A stretch of 37,348 nucleotides of DNA, taken from positions 1-37,348 of the forward strand of contig JAZUKI010000009.1 in assembly GCA_045643205.1 (NCBI GenBank), written 5' to 3'. This DNA comes from Clostridia bacterium. GTDB taxonomy: Bacteria; Bacillota; Clostridia; TANB77; CAG-508. Position numbers and translations under genes: made by a program. The notes under the pieces were generated by a model. It was not told the origin of the DNA. It made no database searches and worked only from the letters and a program-made list of their open reading frames with translations. Positions within the stretch are counted from its first letter, which is position 1. Every line of letters begins with the position of its first letter. Of this stretch, positions 10,901-17,487 are shown piece after piece.

Positions 10901-11315
10901 CAGAATAAAACTCGCTAATCATTTGGCGATATATTCTATATTTTTCTTTATCATCTTCAATTATTTTCTTATCTTTTTTATTGTCATCAAATAACATGCC
11001 AAATTCTTTACTTTGATTGAACTTGTACGCTAAAGCTAAAATATGCTTGCATGTTCCGTATGAATCTTTGTAATAGTTGCATGTACACTTAACATCATTT
11101 AATTCGCCATCAGAAATTTCAATATATGGTTCATACGAAACATCTTCCATGTTTGCGCTTCCATATATTTTTATTTGCTTATCATCATACTTTACTCTTG
11201 TTATTGCTAACTCATTCGAAGATCCTAGATTTTTTGCTTCACTAACAAGCTTATCTGATGTGTAACGCTCTAATTCAGTTAAAACATTATCATTAATGAT
11301 CATTGTAATCTCCAT
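7938..11315 (-). CDS. SWIM zinc-finger plus SNF2-family helicase/ATPase
   Basis: SWIM CTC...CKH; LADDMGLGKT (motif I), DEAQ (II), LTGTPIENS (III), SLKAGGTGLNL (V), QATDRTYRIGQ (VI). Confidence 0.96.
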   Translation of the reverse strand: MEITMIINDNVLTELERYTSDKLVSEAKNLGSSNELAITRVKYDDKQIKIYGSANMEDVSYEPYIEISDGELNDVKCTCNYYKDSYGTCKHILALAYKFNQSKEFGMLFDDNKKDKKIIEDDKEKYRIYRQMISEFYSEEQSEQQVKLAGTGELRVEPRVIFDKFEKNLKVEFKIGNKQMYKIKSIPQFYDRMQNGEKYKYGQKLDFIHSINAFDEESKPLINFVLKYAEILKYANENNSAYYPSVLNDEHILLTKSALDEFFEVMKNNSSLYLDEYGEDRLEFIDREPAIKFEVKELNDEAYALTTNIDVYDYTVLKGKEYLYFLKNNKIFRCSNRFEKTTLKLLSAFRVNLISEIPFKKRELADLYSLIVPEMETKIILDSIPRYELDEYLPSDLKVNIFLDYTKSDFVTANVNFKYESIEFNPFDQDPFDVSRNVIAESKALDLLKDCGFMLDMNKKELVLTDEAKIYDFIKVGVEQLIEKYEVLATESFKSRQIISPKMSSIGVKIENNLLSIDLSELNFDKAELEEVMQGYILKQKYHKLKNGQFVDLENNATLDALKKLYEGTNVDFKQLTSGKVQVPIYRSLYLDKILKQSEITVKQSQEYKELIDDVYNRQISDKYVLPNGLKALFREYQKVGFDWLKTLDDYKLGGILADDMGLGKTVQVLAVIDSYIEECEKNNSIEGGNQIALDTSLKTSDTTAENEKRPSLVICPSSLCLNWQEEAARFTPDIKTVVISGDTTVREKIIESIPEYDIVITSYDLLKRDLDIYKKYNYKFRYLIADEAQYIKNNTTKNARAIKEITADTRYALTGTPIENSLAELWSIFDFIMPGYLFTYNKFKIQFESPIIREDSPEVMNRLKQMIEPFVLRRVKEKVLTELPEKTISVLTNEMEGEQQKLYMAYMRSAKQQVSEEIETNGIQNSQIKILALLMRLRQICCHPGLFLENYTEGSKKLNQCMEIIEDAAAGGHKMLLFSGYSSMFRYIEEGLKEKGIQYLKLTGQTKVSERMKLVNEFNKNKNIKVFLISLKAGGTGLNLIGADMVIHYDPWWNLSAENQATDRTYRIGQKRNVQVYKLITKNSIEEKIYKLQEKKAKLADDMLSTNETFISKLSKDEIMELFE

Positions 11316-11374
11316 AAAACAAATTTTTAGAACTAAAAATAATTGAAAAATAAATACTTCTAAACTAGTGTTAT

Positions 11375-11403
11375 ATTATATAATATTTTGTGCTATTTGG
11401 CAA
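11375..11403 (-). promoter_or_regulatory. Sigma-A promoter of the SNF2 gene
   Basis: TTGCCA-17 nt-TATAAT. Confidence 0.7.
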
Positions 11404-11414
11404 TTTTTTTGCAT

Positions 11415-11444
11415 AAAAAAGAAGCTCCGCTGTCGCAGAGCTTC
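11415..11444 (-). terminator. Intrinsic terminator of small gene 1
   Basis: GAAGCTCTGC-GACA-GCGGAGCTTC followed by TTTTTT. Confidence 0.9.
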
Positions 11445-11475
11445 TCTCGCTGGGGTGTAAATCAATGAATTTTTA

Positions 11476-11856
11476 TTAATAGTCCTGTAACGGTATAACT
11501 GTTATTCCCTGATTAATTTTTGAGAACGCATAATATTTTTCTATGTCTCTCGCAAATCTCTTGGTGGAATTTTCTGTTATTTTCCCATTCGCAGAAATTA
11601 TTTTTGGCGTTATATCTAATTCATTAACTTTATTGCCATCCTTTAATTGCAGAATAGCTTTTGGATTTCTTGAAAACCGCTTATTTTTTCCTTGTTTGCC
11701 AAGGTATCTAAAATCAGCATTTCTCAATGTCTTTTCATCATTTTTACATGTTATTGTATGACTTTCTTCCGGATAAAAAATGATTATACCTGATATCCTT
11801 ACTTCGTTTAAAAACTCAGTATTAATATCTATAATTACAGGTTTAAGAAGTTTCAT
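11476..11856 (-). CDS. Small basic hypothetical protein (126 aa), paralog 1 of a tandem family
   Basis: AAGGAG RBS, own promoter and terminator; FR..RNPKAILQLKDGNKVNELDIT aligns with FR..RNAKIIIVVKNGKNKVNLDIT of the neighbouring gene. Confidence 0.85.
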   Translation of the reverse strand: MKLLKPVIIDINTEFLNEVRISGIIIFYPEESHTITCKNDEKTLRNADFRYLGKQGKNKRFSRNPKAILQLKDGNKVNELDITPKIISANGKITENSTKRFARDIEKYYAFSKINQGITVIPLQDY

Positions 11857-11923
11857 GTTCTGCTTTCTCCTTTATTGCTCTAAAACTCCCCCAGCTATTT
11901 CCCTAAACGGTTAATATTGCGCG

Positions 11924-11952
11924 ATTATATAATATATTCTACCTTATGTCAA
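11924..11952 (-). promoter_or_regulatory. Consensus sigma-A promoter of small gene 1
   Basis: Perfect TTGACA-17 nt-TATAAT. Confidence 0.9.
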
Positions 11953-11957
11953 TTTAC

Positions 11958-11989
11958 AAAAAAAAAGAGCCAGTTGTTACTAGGCTCTT
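11958..11989 (-). terminator. Intrinsic terminator of small gene 2
   Basis: AAGAGCC...GGCTCTT stem followed by a long T-run. Confidence 0.9.
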
Positions 11990-12014
11990 CCTGCTGGGAA
12001 CGGATTTTGATTTA

Positions 12015-12401
12015 TTATAAGTTATTAGCTATTATTATTTCATCTTCCAATAACATTATATTAATCTTATTTTTTTTAATTTTTTTATATGTTTTCTGGA
12101 AAGCAGTTGGTGATATTTCACCTTCTGATTTTTTCACAAAATTCGTTATATCCAAATTAACTTTGTTCTTTCCATTCTTCACAACAATAATGATTTTTGC
12201 ATTTCGTGCGTAAGTCTGTTTAGCAATATTGCCTTTAGTTCTTACTTTCCGAAATCCTTTTTTTATCAATTGTTGCTTTTTGGCTACATCGTTTGAATCG
12301 ATTATTATTTCTGTATGGTACAGATAAACAATCTTTCCCCAGTCACATTTTGGATACCGAATATTCTCGGTCCCGAACTTTCTTACTTCTTTCTTTTCCA
12401 T
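12015..12401 (-). CDS. Small basic hypothetical protein (128 aa), paralog 2
   Basis: Start reassigned to ATG 12401 (MEKKEV...) after AAGGAGG; visibly similar to paralog 1. Confidence 0.85.
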   Translation of the reverse strand: MEKKEVRKFGTENIRYPKCDWGKIVYLYHTEIIIDSNDVAKKQQLIKKGFRKVRTKGNIAKQTYARNAKIIIVVKNGKNKVNLDITNFVKKSEGEISPTAFQKTYKKIKKNKINIMLLEDEIIIANNL

Positions 12402-12465
12402 GTTGATCCTCCTTGTTGTTTTAGAAGTAAATCCCAGCAATTAATTTTTAAAATCCGTATACTTC

Positions 12466-12494
12466 ATTATACTATATTTTCTACAAAATAGCAA
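12466..12494 (-). promoter_or_regulatory. Sigma-A promoter of small gene 2
   Basis: TTGCTA-17 nt-TATAAT. Confidence 0.8.
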
Positions 12495-12501
12495 TTTGCA
12501 T

Positions 12502-12531
12502 AAAAAAAGAAGTCGGAAATTTCCCGACCTC
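12502..12531 (-). terminator. Intrinsic terminator of small gene 3
   Basis: GAGGTCGG...CCGACTTC stem followed by T7. Confidence 0.9.
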
Positions 12532-12555
12532 CTTTTTGGCTTTAGCTATTATAGA

Positions 12556-12879
12556 TTATCTTACCAGAATTACAGTATGATCATCTTCGCTCAGAAACTC
12601 AGCCCGCAGTATTCCTGCTTTGACTTCCTTCCTAACGGTTTCAGCGACTTCTTCAGTCATCTCTCTCACATTATAGAGAGCAGAAATCTGTTTTGTCGCA
12701 TCCATCATTCCGACGTTTTTCAAATAGATATTTATGTGAGAAGCTTTCAATACTTTCACAACTTCTCCGTAATATACGGTTTCATATCCATTCTCAAGAT
12801 AGTGCTCTAACCGGCACAGCGTCGCTCCTTTCAGAGTTTCCTCTGAATAAGGAACAAATTCCACCTCAGTAATTTTCAT
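12556..12879 (-). CDS. Small hypothetical protein (107 aa), probable distant paralog 3
   Basis: GGAGG RBS; YLENGY...KASHINIYLKN..MDATKQI pattern parallels LIKKGF...RNAKIIIVVKN..LDITNFV; visibly more GC-rich than its flanks. Confidence 0.85.
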   Translation of the reverse strand: MKITEVEFVPYSEETLKGATLCRLEHYLENGYETVYYGEVVKVLKASHINIYLKNVGMMDATKQISALYNVREMTEEVAETVRKEVKAGILRAEFLSEDDHTVILVR

Positions 12880-12949
12880 TTGTACTTTCCTCCGTTGTTA
12901 AATCTACTAAGCCTATTTGCAACCTGTTACAAAAAGTAACATCCTCTTT

Positions 12950-12978
12950 ATTATAGCATATATTAAGCCTTTTAACAA
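12950..12978 (-). promoter_or_regulatory. Sigma-A promoter of small gene 3
   Basis: TTGTTA-17 nt-TATAAT with extended -10 TG. Confidence 0.75.
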
Positions 12979-12997
12979 TATCTATCTCTTATATTTG

Positions 12998-13705
12998 CTA
13001 TTTTTCCTTACTTTCTGCATTTATTGTTAGTCCTTTGCCTTCAAATTCCTTAACTTTAGCCTTTCTCTTTTCTTGCCATTCTTTTGAATTTACTACATTC
13101 AATCCAATTACAGCTGTTCCAACATTATTGTCTTTCCCAAATATTTTTATTGCCAGTTTTGTTTCTTCATGCTCACTTACAAACTTAGAATCTTGCAAAT
13201 CTTTTTTACTGTATATTTGAGTTTTAAAATCTAAATCATTTAAAAATTTCATTTCACTTTTAACTAATATTGGTGAAATCATATATATGTTATCTTTTCC
13301 AGCAAACTTAGGATTTCCTTCATTTTTTAATCTTCTTATTTTTTCTATTGCATCAAGCAAGTACAAATTAACAGTATCAAATGTTTTAGAGACTCCTCTT
13401 TCTTTCATCATTCCGTGTAAATCAACCGGCATATGCAAATGAATACTCTTCCTTCCTACACCGTATGAAAACATTTCATTAATTGGTATATGTTTTTCAC
13501 TGTTATGTTCATCCCCTTGTCTTTCGTTTAACTTCCTTTGTAAATAATTTTTTATAGAATCTTCACTATTTCCGATTTGAGAAACCATAGCCTCAATTTT
13601 ATCATCCGTTAATAAATCAATCTTGCCTATTAGTTTACTTATCTCGTTTTCGTTACTAGATGTTTGCATTGACATTAATAAATCTTTAATTTCATTTTTA
13701 TTCAA
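12998..13705 (-). CDS. Hypothetical protein (~235 aa)
   Basis: Long ORF; AGGAGG overlaps the track's GTG, so TTG at 13705 (8-nt spacing) is the likelier start; no motif recognised. Confidence 0.8.
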   Translation of the reverse strand: MNKNEIKDLLMSMQTSSNENEISKLIGKIDLLTDDKIEAMVSQIGNSEDSIKNYLQRKLNERQGDEHNSEKHIPINEMFSYGVGRKSIHLHMPVDLHGMMKERGVSKTFDTVNLYLLDAIEKIRRLKNEGNPKFAGKDNIYMISPILVKSEMKFLNDLDFKTQIYSKKDLQDSKFVSEHEETKLAIKIFGKDNNVGTAVIGLNVVNSKEWQEKRKAKVKEFEGKGLTINAESKEK

Positions 13706-13727
13706 CTTTAACACCTCCTACGCCTTA

Positions 13728-13756
13728 ATTATAGCACATTTCAGGGGTTGTTTCAA
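13728..13756 (-). promoter_or_regulatory. Sigma-A promoter of the 235-aa orphan
   Basis: TTGAAA-17 nt-TATAAT with extended -10 TG. Confidence 0.75.
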
Positions 13757-13762
13757 TTTGTT

Positions 13763-14040
13763 TTACATTAGGTTTTTAAGATGCCCATTTAGTATCTCTT
13801 GGTATGCCTTTTTTAATATCTCGTTGTTTTCATGTTCTGCAATTTCTTTCATTGTGTATTCAATCTTTTTATCTTCTTCATCTACAAATTCTATTTTATG
13901 TACAAACATAATTTCATGATATTTTGAACCATCTGATTTAAAAAAATTCTCAATTGTTGATATATAATTTCAATGTCTTTTCCTAGTTTTTCTTTAATCT
14001 CTCTTTTAATTGTATCTTCTGAGTTCTCTCCAATTTCTAC
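13763..14040 (-). pseudogene. Truncated, frameshifted Nudix hydrolase remnant
   Basis: Hand translation gives VEIGENSEDTIKREIKEKLGKDIEI (Nudix box lacking its N-terminal part), then in another frame ISTIENFFKSDGSKYHEIMFVHKIEF...; no start codon or RBS. Confidence 0.75.
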
Positions 14041-14106
14041 AATTGTATCATTCTTTGTATGTTATTCAAATAGGTAATATTGACCTTCGGGTTATGCGCT
14101 CTCAAC

Positions 14107-14146
14107 AAAAAAATCGCTACAATTCAACTAATTGTAACGATTTTTT
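14107..14146 (-). terminator. Intrinsic terminator of the por operon (possibly bidirectional)
   Basis: AAAAAATCG.TACAATT/AATTGTA.CGATTTTTT inverted repeat. Confidence 0.85.
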
Positions 14147-14171
14147 ATTTCTTTTTTTATATCTCTGTTTC

Positions 14172-15140
14172 TTATTCAGCTTTCTCTTCTTTTGCTTTGT
14201 TTGTCATTTCTTCTTTAGCTAAAAGTTCATTCCATCTCTTGTCTACTTCTTTTTGGAATTCTTCAATCATCCATTCGTTTCCTGGTTTGAATAAATGTTT
14301 GAATCTCTTTTGTTTCTTTAACCATTCGCTTATAGGAACTTTGTTGGCTGGCTTATAATTGATGTGATATACACCATCTACAACTTCATATAATGGCCAG
14401 TAACATGTTTCAACAGCAAGCTTGTTCATTTCCATTAAGTCTTCTGTTGGATATCCCCATCCTCTAGGACAAGGAGCTAATGCATTGATAAATGCTGGTC
14501 CATCTGTATAGATTGCTTTTTCTGCTTTCTCATATAAATCTTGGAATACTCCAATTGCTGCTGTTTGGCATACATATGGAATATGATGTTGTACCATGAT
14601 TTCTGTTAAGTCTTTTCTATTTTGCATCTTTCCAGGAATAACTGATCCTGCTGGAGATGTTGTTGTGTCTGCAAATTGTGGTGTTGCTGATGATCTTTGA
14701 ATACCTGTGTTCATGTAGGCTCCATTATCATAGCAAACATAAGTTAGGTTGTGTCCTCTTTCCATTGCTCCAGAAAGTGATTGAATTCCTATATCGTATG
14801 TTCCACCATCACCACCAAATACGATGAATTTTGTATCTTTATCTGCTGGCAATTTGCCTTGTTTCTTCATTGATTTATAAGCCGCTTCAACTCCTGAAGC
14901 TGTTGCTGATGCACACTCAAAAGCTGTGTGTATATATGAATCTGACCATGCTGTATATGGATAAATACATGTTGAAACTTCCATACATCCTGTTGCATTT
15001 GAAACTACAACATGATCTTCAGGTTTTACTGCTCTTAATACCATTCTAGCTACTGCTGGTGCTCCACAACCTGCACACATTCTGTGTCCTGCTGTGAATC
15101 TAGATGGTTTATTTGCTACTACTTCTTTTACGTTATACAT
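14172..15140 (-). CDS. porB: Pyruvate/2-oxoacid:ferredoxin oxidoreductase beta subunit
   Basis: CAGCG, TGC, TPP-binding GGDGGTYDIG...YDNGAYMNTG and APCPRGW motifs. Confidence 0.95.
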   Translation of the reverse strand: MYNVKEVVANKPSRFTAGHRMCAGCGAPAVARMVLRAVKPEDHVVVSNATGCMEVSTCIYPYTAWSDSYIHTAFECASATASGVEAAYKSMKKQGKLPADKDTKFIVFGGDGGTYDIGIQSLSGAMERGHNLTYVCYDNGAYMNTGIQRSSATPQFADTTTSPAGSVIPGKMQNRKDLTEIMVQHHIPYVCQTAAIGVFQDLYEKAEKAIYTDGPAFINALAPCPRGWGYPTEDLMEMNKLAVETCYWPLYEVVDGVYHINYKPANKVPISEWLKKQKRFKHLFKPGNEWMIEEFQKEVDKRWNELLAKEEMTNKAKEEKAE

Positions 15141-15143
15141 AGA

Positions 15144-16322
15144 CTATTTACCCTCCTTTAATCCTAAAAATCTATAAGGAACGCTCATATCTGTTGTGTA
15201 TTGTAAGTCGTGATAAACACTCTTAATTTGATCAACTGTAACGTCTCTTCCGCCTACACCATATGTATAATTGATTGTGTTAACATGAACTCCTCTATTA
15301 AACATTGATGATGTTATATCTTCATAAAGTGGTCCGCCTACATTTGATACTAGTGGAACTTTATCAAGTACTGCTACTGCTTTTGCATTTCTTAATGCAT
15401 CTGCAATCTCTTCTCCTGGGAATGGTCTGAATACTCTGATTTTTAATAATCCAGCTTTGATGCCTTGTGATCTAAGTTCGTCTACTACAGCTTTAACTGT
15501 GCCTGCTGTAGAGTTCATACATACGATTACAAATTCAGCATCATCCATATAATATCTTTCAAAGAATTCATAATGTCTGCCTGTCATTTCTTCAAATTCT
15601 CTTGCAACATCTAGAATTACTTGTTTTGCATTTGCCATTGCAACTGCTTGTTGTTTTTTATGTTCTGTTAGGTATGGTTGTAAATCCATTGGTCCTACTG
15701 CAATAGGATTATCTCTATCTAACAAATAATGTTCAGGATGATATTCTCCTACGAATTTTTTTACTGCATCATCTTCTTCAAGTTGAATTGTTTCGATAGC
15801 GTGTGATGTGATGAAACCATCTTGGCAAACCATTAATGGTAGTCTTACATCTTTGTGCTCTGCAATTCTATGAGCCATTAACATATTGTCGTATGCTTCT
15901 TGATTATTTTCACTGAATAACATTACCCATCCAGCATCTCTAACACTCATTGCATCTGTGTGATCGCAGTGAATATTTAATGGTCCTGAAATTGCTCTAT
16001 TAACAAGTCCCATAACTATTGGTAATCTTGATGATGATGCGATTTGAACCATTTCCCACATGTATTCAAGTCCGTTTGCAGAAGTTGCTGTCATAGCTCT
16101 TGCTCCTGCTGCTTCAGCTCCGATACATGCACTCATCGCACTATGTTCACTTTCAACTGCAACAAACTCTGTATCAACTTGTCCGTTTGCTACGTATGTT
16201 GAAAAGTATTGTGGTATTTCTGTTGATGGTGTAATTGGGAAAGCTGCAACAACATCAGGATTAATTTGTTTCATGGCATAAGCTGTAGCTTCGTTACCAC
16301 TTAAACGTTCTCTAATACTCAT
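15144..16322 (-). CDS. porA: Pyruvate/2-oxoacid:ferredoxin oxidoreductase alpha subunit
   Basis: FPITPST, VESEHSAMS, NRAISGPLNIHCDH and FRPFP motifs. Confidence 0.95.
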   Translation of the reverse strand: MSIRERLSGNEATAYAMKQINPDVVAAFPITPSTEIPQYFSTYVANGQVDTEFVAVESEHSAMSACIGAEAAGARAMTATSANGLEYMWEMVQIASSSRLPIVMGLVNRAISGPLNIHCDHTDAMSVRDAGWVMLFSENNQEAYDNMLMAHRIAEHKDVRLPLMVCQDGFITSHAIETIQLEEDDAVKKFVGEYHPEHYLLDRDNPIAVGPMDLQPYLTEHKKQQAVAMANAKQVILDVAREFEEMTGRHYEFFERYYMDDAEFVIVCMNSTAGTVKAVVDELRSQGIKAGLLKIRVFRPFPGEEIADALRNAKAVAVLDKVPLVSNVGGPLYEDITSSMFNRGVHVNTINYTYGVGGRDVTVDQIKSVYHDLQYTTDMSVPYRFLGLKEGK

Positions 16323-16323
16323 A

Positions 16324-16617
16324 TTATTTGCCCTCCTCTTTCATTTCAATTGCTTTGAATGGGCAAGCTTTTGCGCAAATTCCACAACCTTTGCAATAGT
16401 CATAATTGAACTCGCCTCTGCATAAATCTTTTCCTACAGGAATTGCATCATCTGGACAAACTGGATAACAAAGTCCACATTGTTTGCATTTCTCTGGAAT
16501 CCATACTGGTGTCATGCTTCTCCAGTCACCTGTTTTGAATTCTCTAGCATTTCCTGCTTCATATATTTCTCCACCTGGAGTTAATTCTTGCCAGGTTGAA
16601 TCTTTATTTATTTCCAT
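16324..16617 (-). CDS. porD: Oxidoreductase delta subunit (2x[4Fe-4S] ferredoxin-like)
   Basis: KTGDWR followed by CKQCGLCYPVCP and CKGCGICAKACP. Confidence 0.95.
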   Translation of the reverse strand: MEINKDSTWQELTPGGEIYEAGNAREFKTGDWRSMTPVWIPEKCKQCGLCYPVCPDDAIPVGKDLCRGEFNYDYCKGCGICAKACPFKAIEMKEEGK

Positions 16618-16651
16618 CTTTTCCTCCTTACTTATTGTTAATACTTGATGT

Positions 16652-17233
16652 TTATTGTAATTGCTTAATTTGTTCTAATGCTAAAGTTAATGCTTTCATG
16701 TTTCCTTCTATTACTTCTGGCTTCTTTGCAAATTTGTGTTTGAAAGAACCTTCCATATCTTTTATAAAATCTTCTTCAGACATTATCTCTGAAACTTTAA
16801 CAATAGATGCAAGCATTGGAGTATTAGGAAAATATTTTCCTAGTGCTTCTTCAGAAACAGCTCTTGCGTCAATTGCAAAAACTCTTCCTTCATATCCTTT
16901 TAATAAAGGTTTTAATTCATCGATTGTTCTTGTTGTGTTGATAACAATTGCTCCTTCTTTTTTTAGTCCTGCAGTTACATCTACAGAGCTTAATAAAGTA
17001 TCGTCTACAACTACAACGTAATCAGGTTCATAAATATTACTATGAATCTTGATTGGGTTTACACTTATACGATTGTAAGCAGTAATTGGTGCACCCATTC
17101 TTTCAGGTCCATATTCAGGAAAACCTTGAATATATTTTCCTGTGTTGAATGCAGCATCAGCTAATAAAAGTGAAGCTGTTTTTGCACCTTGGCCACCTCT
17201 TCCATGCCATCTAATTTCTATTAAATCTTTCAT
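16652..17233 (-). CDS. porC: Oxidoreductase gamma subunit
   Basis: EIRWHGRGGQGAKT and FPEYGPERMGAP motifs; start set at ATG 17233 after GGAGG. Confidence 0.95.
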   Translation of the reverse strand: MKDLIEIRWHGRGGQGAKTASLLLADAAFNTGKYIQGFPEYGPERMGAPITAYNRISVNPIKIHSNIYEPDYVVVVDDTLLSSVDVTAGLKKEGAIVINTTRTIDELKPLLKGYEGRVFAIDARAVSEEALGKYFPNTPMLASIVKVSEIMSEEDFIKDMEGSFKHKFAKKPEVIEGNMKALTLALEQIKQLQ

Positions 17234-17283
17234 GTGAGCCTCCATATAATAAAACACTATTTATCTAGTATTTTTCACTCAAA

Positions 17284-17312
17284 ATTATATATTTACGTAT
17301 ATTTAAAGTCAA
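17284..17312 (-). promoter_or_regulatory. Sigma-A promoter of the por operon
   Basis: TTGACT-17 nt-TATAAT. Confidence 0.85.
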
Positions 17313-17322
17313 TAAAAAGCAT

Positions 17323-17339
17323 TTTACAACTGAGTTACA
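17323..17339 (-). promoter_or_regulatory. Candidate WalR/OmpR-family direct-repeat box
   Basis: TGTAAC-TCAGT-TGTAAA matches TGTWAH-N5-TGTWAH, 10 nt upstream of the -35. Confidence 0.4.
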
Positions 17340-17388
17340 AAATATGATAGGTTATTGAAGTACACCAATATATAAATGAAGTCTGCAT

Positions 17389-17427
17389 AAAAAAGAAGAA
17401 TCTAGAATAGTTCTAAATTCTTCTTTT
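17389..17427 (-). terminator. Intrinsic terminator ending the upstream gene run
   Basis: AAGAAGAAT.TAGAA/TTCTA.ATTCTTCTT stem with flanking T-run. Confidence 0.8.
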
Positions 17428-17487
17428 ATTTTAAGCTGCTCTCGCTTTTAATTTGCTATCTTATTTAATCTACTATCTTAATTTAAA

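Noticed and set aside
7938-11315. SNF2 helicase as part of a known defence system (DISARM, Zorya, BREX-like)
   Set aside because: The SWIM-SNF2 architecture is the widespread stand-alone Firmicute type, and no methylase, nuclease or other partner genes are adjacent.
11415-13756. Integron cassette array or IS/MITE interpretation of the small-gene cluster
   Set aside because: No integrase or transposase, no RYYYAAC...GTTRRRY attC pattern and no target-site duplications were seen; the inverted repeats lie inside the transcripts rather than outside the promoter and terminator.
14060-14110. Intact tRNA-Met gene
   Set aside because: Only 15 nt match; there is no acceptor stem, D-arm or T-arm.
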